Of a DNA stretch of 64,000 nucleotides, positions 1 through 9,378 are shown piece after piece (position 1 is the first letter of the stretch; each line of letters opens with the position of its first letter). The DNA is taken from sequence record PQ341120.1. One strand, given 5' to 3'. The position numbers and the translations under genes were made by a program. A model generated the notes under the pieces. The model searched no databases and was not told where the DNA came from. It saw only the letters and a program-made list of their open reading frames with translations. This DNA is from Escherichia phage EAWsc9.

Positions 1-158
1 CTGATAATATCCACATCAGCCCAATGACCATAACCAGGTAGACGGTCTTTAATAGATAATCCGCCATCAGATTTCAGCATTTTAATTGTTTTAGTATATG
101 GTTCAATATTTCGGGCCCATGGACTTACATCAGTCACGCGATAAGTAACTTCGACCAT
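1..158 (-). CDS. hypothetical protein, 5' part only (gene runs off the window start); ATG at 156-158, alternative GTG at 195-197
   Basis: open minus-strand frame from 158 to position 1 with no stop. Confidence 0.4.
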   Translation of the reverse strand, partial: MVEVTYRVTDVSPWARNIEPYTKTIKMLKSDGGLSIKDRLPGYGHWADVDII

Positions 159-198
159 TTCTGTTCCCAAAATTTTCTGAATCAGTTTCTTAAACACA

Positions 199-393
199 TT
201 ATCCTCGCTTTAAACATTTGATTACAGACAACTCACCACCCATGCGAACGTCTTCAGTTCCATCAACCCACAAGACTGCATATGCTTCTTTAATTTGGGT
301 ATTGCCTAATTTAAACGCAGGCAGGACCTTTGAAATCATTCCAGGAATACCTACGCCTTTTAACTGAACGGTTTGTGATAAGAATAGTTGCAT
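199..393 (-). CDS. hypothetical protein, 64 aa
   Basis: track ORF; its ATG overlaps the upstream stop (TAATG), suggesting translational coupling. Confidence 0.5.
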   Translation of the reverse strand: MQLFLSQTVQLKGVGIPGMISKVLPAFKLGNTQIKEAYAVLWVDGTEDVRMGGELSVIKCLKRG

Positions 394-680
394 TAGAACC
401 TCGTTTGGAATCCATGTGATTTAACATTACCGCCATTAATATCAGATGAATTAATTTCACGTGCTGCAATTGGGGCAATATCAATGTCGCGTCTAAGCTT
501 GGTGATTGCCAGAGTATCGCGTCCATTAACAGTCCGGAATTCTAGTGGGCAAACTACATCAACATAGTTCTTAATGGAATCACGTGTTGGTTCACACCCA
601 GCAGGAACATTAGGACCTTTTTTAGAGAAAACAACTTCACAGAAATTTTTACGTGTATCAAAGTAAGTAGTCATAAACAT
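393..680 (-). CDS. hypothetical protein, 95 aa
   Basis: track ORF; preceded by GC hairpin plus CTTGAGGAAAAT Shine-Dalgarno. Confidence 0.55.
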   Translation of the reverse strand: MFMTTYFDTRKNFCEVVFSKKGPNVPAGCEPTRDSIKNYVDVVCPLEFRTVNGRDTLAITKLRRDIDIAPIAAREINSSDINGGNVKSHGFQTRF

Positions 681-718
681 AGTATTTTCCTCAAGGGGGC
701 TTTCGCCCCCATTTAAGA

Positions 719-1096
719 TTAGATATCAAATTCATTAAGAACTACATCAAAGATTGCTTCCAGGTGTTCAGGTTTTGCTTTGTTGCTCAGGATGTGACGA
801 ATCCAAGTTTTAACCAGAAGCTTGCGATTAACACCATTCCAGCAAGGATGAGTCCCTAAATCACGCTCACGGAAATCATCATCTAATGCGATTTTGAATA
901 CCGAACCTTCCATCGTGATTGAAAGAGTGATACCATTTTCAAATCGCATATAAACGTAGTTAGGAGTCATATACTGTTCAATTTCACACACTGAACCGTT
1001 TTGATGTTTCCACAAGCAAATAACTTCAGAAGAACCTGGGATGCAGTTAGAAACATATTTGCGTTCAAAGTTGATGTAGTTCATTTTATTCTCCAA
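719..1096 (-). CDS. hypothetical protein, 125 aa
   Basis: track ORF; SD GGAGAATAAA before ATG. Confidence 0.55.
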   Translation of the reverse strand: MENKMNYINFERKYVSNCIPGSSEVICLWKHQNGSVCEIEQYMTPNYVYMRFENGITLSITMEGSVFKIALDDDFRERDLGTHPCWNGVNRKLLVKTWIRHILSNKAKPEHLEAIFDVVLNEFDI

Positions 1097-1155
1097 TTGT
1101 TTTCATTTGTTGGTACAGGTTTATAATATCATAACCTGTACCAAAGTAAACTGTT

Positions 1156-1524
1156 TTATGCGACTTTAATCCAATTATCTAAATTTAATTCACCCTTAGC
1201 TTTCATTTTTTCAATCAGAAGGTCTGCAGTGGTGCGACCATTTTGATACCATGTAACATCTTCAGAATAACCAGTTTCTTCATCTTCATAGGTCTTACAA
1301 CGAATCTTACCCAAAATCAAAGTTTTCAGTTCGTATGTATCACCAGTAAAAAAGTTTGTTACCATAATTTTCCAGGAGAAGTCATCAGAAGGACCTTCAG
1401 GAGTCATGCAACCAACAAATTCAAACTGTTCTTTATACAAGTGCCATTGCATCTCTTTAGTTTCAATGGCTTTGTAACCGTCGTGGTCTTTACCTTTGAT
1501 GTATGAGTTAAGATTGATTTTCAT
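1156..1524 (-). CDS. hypothetical protein, 122 aa
   Basis: track ORF; SD GGAGAATAAAATG; early promoter upstream. Confidence 0.6.
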   Translation of the reverse strand: MKINLNSYIKGKDHDGYKAIETKEMQWHLYKEQFEFVGCMTPEGPSDDFSWKIMVTNFFTGDTYELKTLILGKIRCKTYEDEETGYSEDVTWYQNGRTTADLLIEKMKAKGELNLDNWIKVA

Positions 1525-1559
1525 TTTATTCTCCAGTGTTTTATTGTGTAACTCAGTAT

Positions 1560-1600
1560 GGAATCATTATGCACTGGACCAACCCTGTTGTAAACCCCTT
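1560..1600 (-). promoter_or_regulatory. T4-type early promoter (-35 GTTTACA, -10 CATAAT)
   Basis: minus-sense GGTTTACAAC ... GCATAATGA about 50 nt before the ATG at 1524. Confidence 0.6.
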
Positions 1601-1608
1601 TATGGAAA

Positions 1609-1636
1609 ATAAAAAAGGGACTCCGAAGAGTCCCTG
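1609..1636 (-). terminator. rho-independent terminator
   Basis: hairpin GGGACTC-TTCG-GAGTCCC followed by T-run in minus sense. Confidence 0.7.
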
Positions 1637-1639
1637 AAC

Positions 1640-1801
1640 TTATGCTTTCGGCTTACCAAAGCAAGCTGCATCGGCACGCAATACCGCACGAGCACGAGCC
1701 TGAAGTTTATCAGTCACCTGATTGATTCGCTTGTTGGACGCACGCTTGTAACCAGCGCGTTTGGAGGAGCCATCAACAACTTTAACTTCTTTCTTAGCCA
1801 T
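1640..1801 (-). CDS. small highly basic protein, 53 aa (MAKKEVKVVDGSSKRAGYKRASNKRINQ...)
   Basis: ATG-to-TAA ORF below the 60-aa track cutoff; terminator directly downstream. Confidence 0.5.
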   Translation of the reverse strand: MAKKEVKVVDGSSKRAGYKRASNKRINQVTDKLQARARAVLRADAACFGKPKA

Positions 1802-2199
1802 ATTAAATTCTCTTTAAAATAGAATGCAGGACTTATTGGCATTGCCTGCGCAAGCCCTCGAAGGGAACATTAGGTTTCGGATATTTAACGACAGGATAAC
1901 CATAAACCTCGTCATCATACCTTATAGCTCTTATCTGTTGCACACCGTTAGCTTAAAGGTTCCGGGTTCGATTTCTCGAGGATAAGATATATACTGATGG
2001 ATATATAGGCCTTGAGGCGTACTCCCGATTGGCCATCACCTCGGGGTAGCATGCACTTGCCGCTATAAGAATAACATTCAAGAGGTACACCGTAAAATTG
2101 CCGGGGTCTTAAAACTATAATGATTCGCAAATCATTAATCAGACGGTTCGACGGCTCCTCGATTTTCTAGCCGCACTAAGGTAGCGAATCACCTACAGC
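1802..2199. other. ORF-free, comparatively GC-rich intergenic region with several short hairpins; candidate structured RNA or regulatory region
   Basis: no credible ORF across about 395 bp in an otherwise gene-dense genome. Confidence 0.35.
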
Positions 2200-2454
2200 T
2201 TACTTCAGGGTTACGACAAAATGGCGAACAGCTTTACGGGCAGCAGATGCCAGCGGCTTAGCAAATTTCAGTTCATCTTTTGCTTCGAGCACTGCGCGAA
2301 GGTCGGTTTGAACCGGGTTAAGATGTTTGAAATACTGCAGAATTTCCAGTGCTTCGGCTTCAACATCAATAGATGCGCCGTAGTTTTCGTGACCGTTATT
2401 CCATGCAGTGCGTTGCAGTTCGAGAGCGTGTTGTAATTGTTTGTTTAAAGACAT
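2200..2454 (-). CDS. rIII: rIII lysis-inhibition accessory protein, 84 aa from the SD-preceded ATG (track ORF 2200..2523 is over-extended)
   Basis: size and position next to gene 31 as in T4; GAGG SD 9 nt before ATG. Confidence 0.6.
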   Translation of the reverse strand: MSLNKQLQHALELQRTAWNNGHENYGASIDVEAEALEILQYFKHLNPVQTDLRAVLEAKDELKFAKPLASAARKAVRHFVVTLK

Positions 2455-2625
2455 TTTAGAAGCCTCAATATGAGGTGAATATTTGGTGGACACGTTCTTC
2501 TGAATTTCACTTCCTTTCGGCAAGTCTCTCAGTTGTAGTCCACCGTTTAGGATTAGCTAACCCCATACACCAGCAAAGCTCTGTATGACATCAACCAATC
2601 CATATTATTATTTATAACGCTAATT

Positions 2626-2973
2626 TTACTTATAAAGACAAGGAACGGCTTTATAATGACAGGTCACAAATTTTTGCTTAACTTCTTTAGCCTGCTTAAG
2701 CCCCAGAGCAACCAGAGGATGTGGAACGTTTGCAATCTTGCCAACCGGAAGAGGAGTCAAATCACCTACTTCGCAGAATCCTTCAGGAACATCCGGACCA
2801 ACCGAAAATACTTCACACATCTCCGGGATTTCACCCTGATGGAGTTTTCCGATAACGATGCCTGATGCCGTAGTTTCTTCATCACCAGCTTGCTTTGGCT
2901 CAGAAACCAAAATAATATATTCACCTACTGCTTTAATTGGTAATTCCATATTTAATCCATGTTGTTTGGTCAT
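2626..2973 (-). CDS. 31: gp31 co-chaperonin (GroES-like) for capsid folding
   Basis: near-identical to remembered T4 gp31 ([16 protein letters not shown]...[16 protein letters not shown]); start uncertain (M1 or M9). Confidence 0.9.
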   Translation of the reverse strand: MTKQHGLNMELPIKAVGEYIILVSEPKQAGDEETTASGIVIGKLHQGEIPEMCEVFSVGPDVPEGFCEVGDLTPLPVGKIANVPHPLVALGLKQAKEVKQKFVTCHYKAVPCLYK

Positions 2974-3004
2974 GTATTAATAATAACACGCGTTGTTTGA
3001 AGCA

Positions 3005-3304
3005 TTAAAGGACGAGCAGAGTCTCGGTCTGCAGTCCATTCACGGAAATCAATTTATTGAAACAGAATGAACGCCATTCATTAAGCTTGGTATCAAATAC
3101 CCGGATATAGCTAACTGGTTCTTTATTGACTTCTGGGCCAGGGGCCTGGATTTCTTTATATGGAAGCAGGTCCAGGTCGCGAGTACAAGTCATACGACGA
3201 ACACTGCCATCTGCTTTTTCAAACAGAACTTCGTGAAAGCCAACAGACAAAATAGTCTTGACTTTTTCGCGAAGGCGAATTGTTTCTTGTTCAGTTAAAA
3301 TCAT
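3005..3304 (-). CDS. hypothetical protein, 99 aa
   Basis: track ORF. Confidence 0.55.
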   Translation of the reverse strand: MILTEQETIRLREKVKTILSVGFHEVLFEKADGSVRRMTCTRDLDLLPYKEIQAPGPEVNKEPVSYIRVFDTKLNEWRSFCFNKLISVNGLQTETLLVL

Positions 3305-3306
3305 AA

Positions 3307-3540
3307 TTATTCCAAAACAGTTTTAATAGTGGTTGCATTACGCTCTTTTAAAGCGCTCAGCAGGGATTTGCATTTTTCAAAAACCGGGTCCGTTTTATAC
3401 CGGATGCTTTCGTCAATCCATTCAGATTTATAGTAAGACTTCCAGCGAGAGAAGAAATACTTTTTGTATTCCACCGAAAAAGCGATTATACCCGTCCCCC
3501 GAGGACTAAGACTGGTTATTTTAACCATACGAAATTTCAT
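3307..3540 (-). CDS. hypothetical protein, 77 aa
   Basis: track ORF. Confidence 0.5.
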   Translation of the reverse strand: MKFRMVKITSLSPRGTGIIAFSVEYKKYFFSRWKSYYKSEWIDESIRYKTDPVFEKCKSLLSALKERNATTIKTVLE

Positions 3541-4121
3541 TATTCACCACAAAATTCGTTAATGTTTTCCCAGTTCAATTTGTCTAAACTACGCTTAGGC
3601 ACATTGAACACCTCAATTCCTGCATTCTTCAGGATATCATCCCAACCAGGAATATTCTTATCATACGTTTCACAGTAAACCAATTTCTTGATTCCTGATT
3701 GAGAAATTGCCTTTGCACAGTCAGGGCAAGGGGAAAGCGTCACATACATAGTAGCGCCTTCAATTGACGAACCCATTCTTGCTGCAAACAGAATTGCATT
3801 AAGCTCAGCATGGATTTCGTTGTTCTTTGACCATGCAGAATGGGCTTCGCGATGGGCTTTCGCCAATACAAAACGGTCAACCTTACTGAATCTCACACAT
3901 TCTGGCTTGTGACCGGGGACGAGAACAGGTTTAGGTTTATTCAGTAACCAACCTTGCTCTTCCGCATGCTCGCAACAGTTGACCCCACCTGCAGGGGAAC
4001 CATTATACCCTGTAGAAATAATGCGTCCATTCTTTTCAATAACAGCTCCCACTTTCCAGGAGCAACATTTGGATTCTTGAGATACAAGGTATGCGATTTG
4101 CAGAACAGTAGTTGGTTTCAT
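3540..4121 (-). CDS. cd: dCMP deaminase
   Basis: 193 aa; zinc-binding cytidine/dCMP deaminase motifs (CAE...PCxxC); same length as T4 Cd. Confidence 0.9.
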   Translation of the reverse strand: MKPTTVLQIAYLVSQESKCCSWKVGAVIEKNGRIISTGYNGSPAGGVNCCEHAEEQGWLLNKPKPVLVPGHKPECVRFSKVDRFVLAKAHREAHSAWSKNNEIHAELNAILFAARMGSSIEGATMYVTLSPCPDCAKAISQSGIKKLVYCETYDKNIPGWDDILKNAGIEVFNVPKRSLDKLNWENINEFCGE

Positions 4122-4457
4122 TTACATCACCACGAGATAATTGGTTTTAATAGTTTCAACACGATATAATTCATGTCGCAATTTAGTAATGCTCTTAACA
4201 TGTGTTGTAATTATACTATCACCGTCGCTGAAGCGTTTTTTCTTATCGTCAAAAATCACCCCAAACATTCGCTCACCAATTTCTACAGGAGCTTCTGTGA
4301 TAACAATCGCATCATAATTACTTGGGTGAATACTTTTAAACAGAGCATCATTCGCAAGCGTTACTTTGATAAATGCAGTTGTTTCTGGGTCCAACTTACG
4401 ATGGTCACCTAAATCATTTTTAAGTGATTCTTTGAAAATATCCATTAAATTCATCAT
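4122..4457 (-). CDS. hypothetical protein, 111 aa
   Basis: track ORF. Confidence 0.55.
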   Translation of the reverse strand: MMNLMDIFKESLKNDLGDHRKLDPETTAFIKVTLANDALFKSIHPSNYDAIVITEAPVEIGERMFGVIFDDKKKRFSDGDSIITTHVKSITKLRHELYRVETIKTNYLVVM

Positions 4458-4699
4458 TGAATATACACTCGCTGCGCTTCAACCAGACCATCAGAACCCA
4501 ATTTCAGTTGGGTAAACTGGTCACCACCTTTTAGAGTAATTTTCGGATTAATGACAATCATAAAACTGCGTGCAGATTCCTGAATAACTTGCAAAGTCGC
4601 AGCAGGGAATCGCTGTGATACGCGGTTAATCATCTCTTGAGCAAATGCCTTCACTTTTTCGTGAAACTCTTCAACAGTAATTGGGGTTTCGCTAAGCAT
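4454..4699 (-). CDS. hypothetical protein, 81 aa
   Basis: track ORF, 4-nt overlap with neighbours. Confidence 0.55.
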   Translation of the reverse strand: MLSETPITVEEFHEKVKAFAQEMINRVSQRFPAATLQVIQESARSFMIVINPKITLKGGDQFTQLKLGSDGLVEAQRVYIQ

Positions 4700-5241
4700 C
4701 AGATTGTCTCCTGTTTAACTTGTTTAACGATAGAAGCTTTTGTGATATCGCCTTTGATAATATAACAATCTTCTGCAGTACCGCGGTTTAACAGGCGCTC
4801 TGCTTCGTCTTCCGCATATTCTTTTGACGTATGACGAGAGTTAATCTCAATCTTGCCATTTTTAACCACGAGCAATTTCCAAACTGATGCAAGTTTTACT
4901 GGCGCAGGTTCAACTTCTGGCTTAACGCCAACTTCTGCCTGAATAAAATATTCGAATTCATCTGACAATGGACCAGCGGAAACAAACATTGCTCCACGAT
5001 GTCTGTTTCCTTCGTCAGATATTTTTGCCAAATCCACAAAATCATTTTCATCAATCAAACGAATCTCACAAACTTTTTTACCGCCGCTAACATTATCAGG
5101 TAAAATCTTAACTTCAAATGGAGTCATACCGATGTATCCGGCAATTTGGTAATTAGCTGCCCAGCCTCCGGCAATAAATTGTTTTTTGGCATTTTCAGAT
5201 ACAAATTTGTAAAACTTACCTTCTTCAAAGAAATCGCTCAT
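4699..5241 (-). CDS. hypothetical protein, 180 aa
   Basis: track ORF. Confidence 0.6.
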   Translation of the reverse strand: MSDFFEEGKFYKFVSENAKKQFIAGGWAANYQIAGYIGMTPFEVKILPDNVSGGKKVCEIRLIDENDFVDLAKISDEGNRHRGAMFVSAGPLSDEFEYFIQAEVGVKPEVEPAPVKLASVWKLLVVKNGKIEINSRHTSKEYAEDEAERLLNRGTAEDCYIIKGDITKASIVKQVKQETI

Positions 5242-5301
5242 TTTGTTTTCCTCATGTGTTGATGAAATTCATTATACACCATCCATGGTGAAAGTAAACA
5301 C

Positions 5302-5580
5302 TTAAATTGCTTCTGCAATTGCAGTTTGATTCTGGAAGTCAACCTTGCACGAAACGGTCAAAGTGGCTCCATCAATTTTAAACGGAACAATTGCGAATGC
5401 TGCACCAGGCGTGAGTTGAACAGTGATTGCATCAACTGCATCCGGGAACATGATTTCCAGAATAGCAGACAAACGACCGTGCACTTTTAGTTCAGTCGAC
5501 ACGTCGACGCTTTCGTATAGATAATCAGATACAATCTGACTAAAAAGTACTTTAACAATTTCAGAATATGTAGGAAACAT
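5302..5580 (-). CDS. hypothetical protein, 92 aa
   Basis: track ORF. Confidence 0.55.
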   Translation of the reverse strand: MFPTYSEIVKVLFSQIVSDYLYESVDVSTELKVHGRLSAILEIMFPDAVDAITVQLTPGAAFAIVPFKIDGATLTVSCKVDFQNQTAIAEAI

Positions 5581-5651
5581 TTCTTTTCTCGCTTAGTTAT
5601 CGGGGTATCCAAAGGACCTAGACCCCATTATACCATAAAATTTTTAAAGCG

Positions 5652-5867
5652 TTAATGGACGGTATGCACCTTGACATTAACGATAAATCGGTCAATGACT
5701 TCAGTCAGCGGAACGAATTCAACATAATATTCGCCCTTGTACCGTTCGTTGATGTCATTACGCAGTGCAGCCAGGTTATTGATAAGAGCAGGAGACATAT
5801 TCTGACCTACCAGTTTCTGAAGCTCTTTATAAGCTTCTTCTTCAACTTCATGGTGTTTGTTATACAT
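5652..5867 (-). CDS. hypothetical protein, about 71 aa (track ORF 5652..5936 trimmed to internal ATG)
   Basis: trimmed start gives a short overlap with the upstream gene. Confidence 0.45.
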   Translation of the reverse strand: MYNKHHEVEEEAYKELQKLVGQNMSPALINNLAALRNDINERYKGEYYVEFVPLTEVIDRFIVNVKVHTVH

Positions 5868-6056
5868 AATGTTCTTCCAAGAAGGCCAAGAGTTCTGGAG
5901 CGGATTTAAAAATACCACCATCGACCTTGTCTTCATCTTTATAGTCCATTACATCCAGGCCAATACGTCCATCAGTTAAAGGCCATACGCTGAAAAAGTA
6001 TTCGTAACGTTTTTCAATTTCTTCGATTGTACGAAAAATCTTTTCGATATTATTCA

Positions 6057-6057
<1 letters not shown>
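5860..6057 (-). CDS. hypothetical protein, 65 aa
   Basis: ATG overlaps the pseT stop (TAATG). Confidence 0.55.
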
Positions 6058-7275
<1,218 letters not shown>

Positions 7276-7279
<4 letters not shown>

Positions 7280-7758
7280 ACACCAAGCTCCTTATAAAGT
7301 TCTTCGCGACAAGTTTTAAGGATTTTACCAGTTTCATAAGCTGCGCTTTCAGAAACATCACCAAGCGTAGCGGCAGCTTGCATTTGACCATGGCGTTTAG
7401 CCGCATATTCAAAACTTTTTACCAGTTCACGAATACGTTCTTTTTCATTGTATTCTTCAATAAATTCTGGGTATTCCCAAACAGGTCGCATCATACGATA
7501 CCACTGTTGGATAGTAATATAATTACTTCCATCCAGGTTAATAATTTGGGAAGGCTCAATAGCACCAGGAGCATAAAAAGTTACCTGTCTTACTACATCA
7601 ATACCGTCCACAATAGCCCAAGCAAAATCGAAAGTTGCCTTCTTTTCAATTGGTGTACTTGCACAGGACCCTAATTTTAAGAGCTTTTGTAATACAGGAG
7701 ATTTAATACTTGAAATGTATTCAGGCTTAGCCACAAAACTGTTATCACGTAAAGTCAT
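7276..7758 (-). CDS. hypothetical protein, about 160 aa (start trimmed to SD-preceded ATG)
   Basis: track ORF 7276..7794; GAGGAAA SD. Confidence 0.55.
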
Positions 7759-7789
7759 AGTCATTTCCTCAAATTTTATAATCCGTAGG

Positions 7790-7825
7790 AGCATTATACT
7801 CTGCTCCCATGAGTTTGTACACTAC
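7790..7825 (-). promoter_or_regulatory. T4-type early promoter with -10 inside an inverted repeat (GGGAGC...GCTCCC)
   Basis: minus-sense GTGTACAAAC ... GAGTATAATG. Confidence 0.55.
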
Positions 7826-7925
7826 TTTCCAAAAAGACCTTGAACACATAAAGTGGCCGCAATTCCAAAACAAAAACAGAATGCACCAAATCTAACAATA
7901 TCCCAACCAAGGCTACAGTTCTCTA

Positions 7926-8216
7926 TCATTTGCAACGTTCCTCTTTTAGTTCAGAACGATAATAACATAACATACCTTTTTGGTCATGTACATATCTTTT
8001 TACATCATTCATCCAAATCCGGAATTCTTGCGATGCTTCAAAAGGCATACCAACCCAGGCTTGACCCTCAATTACCTTAACTTCCCATTGCTGTTTGTAA
8101 TCAGCCAATGCAACAGGCCAATTGGGATGAACTTGGATTGTGGGCTCCACAACGGGCTTCTGGGCGCATGAAACGAGTCCAATAGCCAAACATACTGCCA
8201 TGATAGATTTCATCAT
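7926..8216 (-). CDS. lipoprotein, probable outer-membrane spanin subunit
   Basis: signal peptide with lipobox LVSC; immediately follows the i-spanin-like gene with 4-nt overlap. Confidence 0.6.
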   Translation of the reverse strand: MMKSIMAVCLAIGLVSCAQKPVVEPTIQVHPNWPVALADYKQQWEVKVIEGQAWVGMPFEASQEFRIWMNDVKRYVHDQKGMLCYYRSELKEERCK

Positions 8217-8566
8217 TTGGTGAGCTCCTGGAAGTCCTGGACAAACTTATCAAAAGACTGATTAATCTGTTTTTCAACTAATTTAGGCTTCGCTGCCACA
8301 ACCTTAGTACGTTTTGCATCTGCGCGGAGTTTATCATTTTCCTTCTGCAGAAGTTCAACATATTCCTGGCGCTCCTGGTCAAGGAGATTAATTTGATTAA
8401 TCTGGTCTTTTACTGATTGCAGATTTTTCGCGTTATCTTCTGCAACTTTGGTGACCGCAGCCACCTCTGTCTTGAGATTATCTACTTTTGCTTTTAGATA
8501 GAAACCACTACCAGCAGTTACTACCAGGGCGAGCATAAGCCCTGCAGTGAGATTACTTATTTGCAT
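8213..8566 (-). CDS. probable inner-membrane spanin subunit (Rz-like)
   Basis: N-terminal TM helix followed by long charged coiled-coil; paired with downstream lipoprotein. Confidence 0.6.
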   Translation of the reverse strand: MQISNLTAGLMLALVVTAGSGFYLKAKVDNLKTEVAAVTKVAEDNAKNLQSVKDQINQINLLDQERQEYVELLQKENDKLRADAKRTKVVAAKPKLVEKQINQSFDKFVQDFQELTK

Positions 8567-9060
8567 AACTTGATGATTACCTCAACAATATCATCCTGGG
8601 ATAAACCATTCAGGAGGATGTGATTTGTACTGTCAGATGCTGAAATGCGGAACTGATTACCAACTTCATCCGCCATATCATCCTGGGTTAACACTGGATG
8701 TTTAATTCCCAGGCGGTGTTGAAGTGTCAGGGGTTCAACCACAACATAACAAACACATCCATTGATATGTACATTAGGTTGGGTCTGGTTAATGAACACT
8801 TCTGCATCATATTTAACCAAATGGTTCTTTAAGAATTCAACCATTTCAGGAACAGATTCATGCAGTGCTTCTTTCCGCTCTTCTGATTTTTTATCGCGAT
8901 ATTCTTTTTGTTTCGCCTTCAACTTTTTGTTAGAGGCGAGTTTTTTCCGCAGGTCAGTCATAAGACCAATTTTCTTGGTCCCTTTATAGACATAAATTCC
9001 GTCATGACGGTCACCATATTCATTGACAATCATTTCATTTGAAATCAGTTGCATATCCAT
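8557..9060 (-). CDS. alc: Alc-like protein (host transcription shutoff); 167 aa from SD-preceded ATG (track ORF 8557..9162 over-extended)
   Basis: length equals T4 Alc and position next to rnlA; assignment by size and synteny only. Confidence 0.5.
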   Translation of the reverse strand: MDMQLISNEMIVNEYGDRHDGIYVYKGTKKIGLMTDLRKKLASNKKLKAKQKEYRDKKSEERKEALHESVPEMVEFLKNHLVKYDAEVFINQTQPNVHINGCVCYVVVEPLTLQHRLGIKHPVLTQDDMADEVGNQFRISASDSTNHILLNGLSQDDIVEVIIKLCK

Positions 9061-9073
9061 AATATTTTCCTCA

Positions 9074-9307
9074 TTAGTAGCGGTTATAACCCCGGGGACC
9101 AAAAGAGTTGGCACCCAGGCGCTCATCTTTCTTTTTGGCTCTTGCTCTAAACCCAGAATCACCTGTTTGAGCTTTCAGTTCTTTTAACAATTTGGCCTTT
9201 AGGTCAGTAATGAAACCAATCCGGCGGTCTCCCTTATAGACATAGATTCCATCATTTCTGTCACCATATGCCTGTGTAACTCTGTCATTTGTAATTAAGT
9301 TTAACAT
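9074..9307 (-). CDS. 77-aa paralogue of the N-terminal 45 residues of the adjacent Alc-like protein
   Basis: shared YGDR(N/H)DGIYVYKG..IG..TDL.(A/K)KL block in protein and DNA. Confidence 0.45.
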   Translation of the reverse strand: MLNLITNDRVTQAYGDRNDGIYVYKGDRRIGFITDLKAKLLKELKAQTGDSGFRARAKKKDERLGANSFGPRGYNRY

Positions 9308-9334
9308 GTTTTGGTCCGCATCAGTAGTTGATGG

Positions 9335-9370
9335 AACCATTATGTATAGAAAGAAGGGGCTTGTACACCC
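9335..9370 (-). promoter_or_regulatory. T4-type early promoter
   Basis: minus-sense GTGTACAAG ... CATAATGG. Confidence 0.5.
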
Positions 9371-9378
9371 CTTTTTTA

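Noticed and set aside
1960-1980. tRNA gene suggested by a T-loop-like GGGTTCGATTT
   Set aside because: Flanking bases cannot form a T-stem or acceptor stem; no cloverleaf could be folded on either strand.
1948-2130. 60-aa track ORF in the rIII-adjacent noncoding region
   Set aside because: Arg-rich improbable composition and no ribosome-binding site; the region is better described as noncoding, possibly structured RNA.
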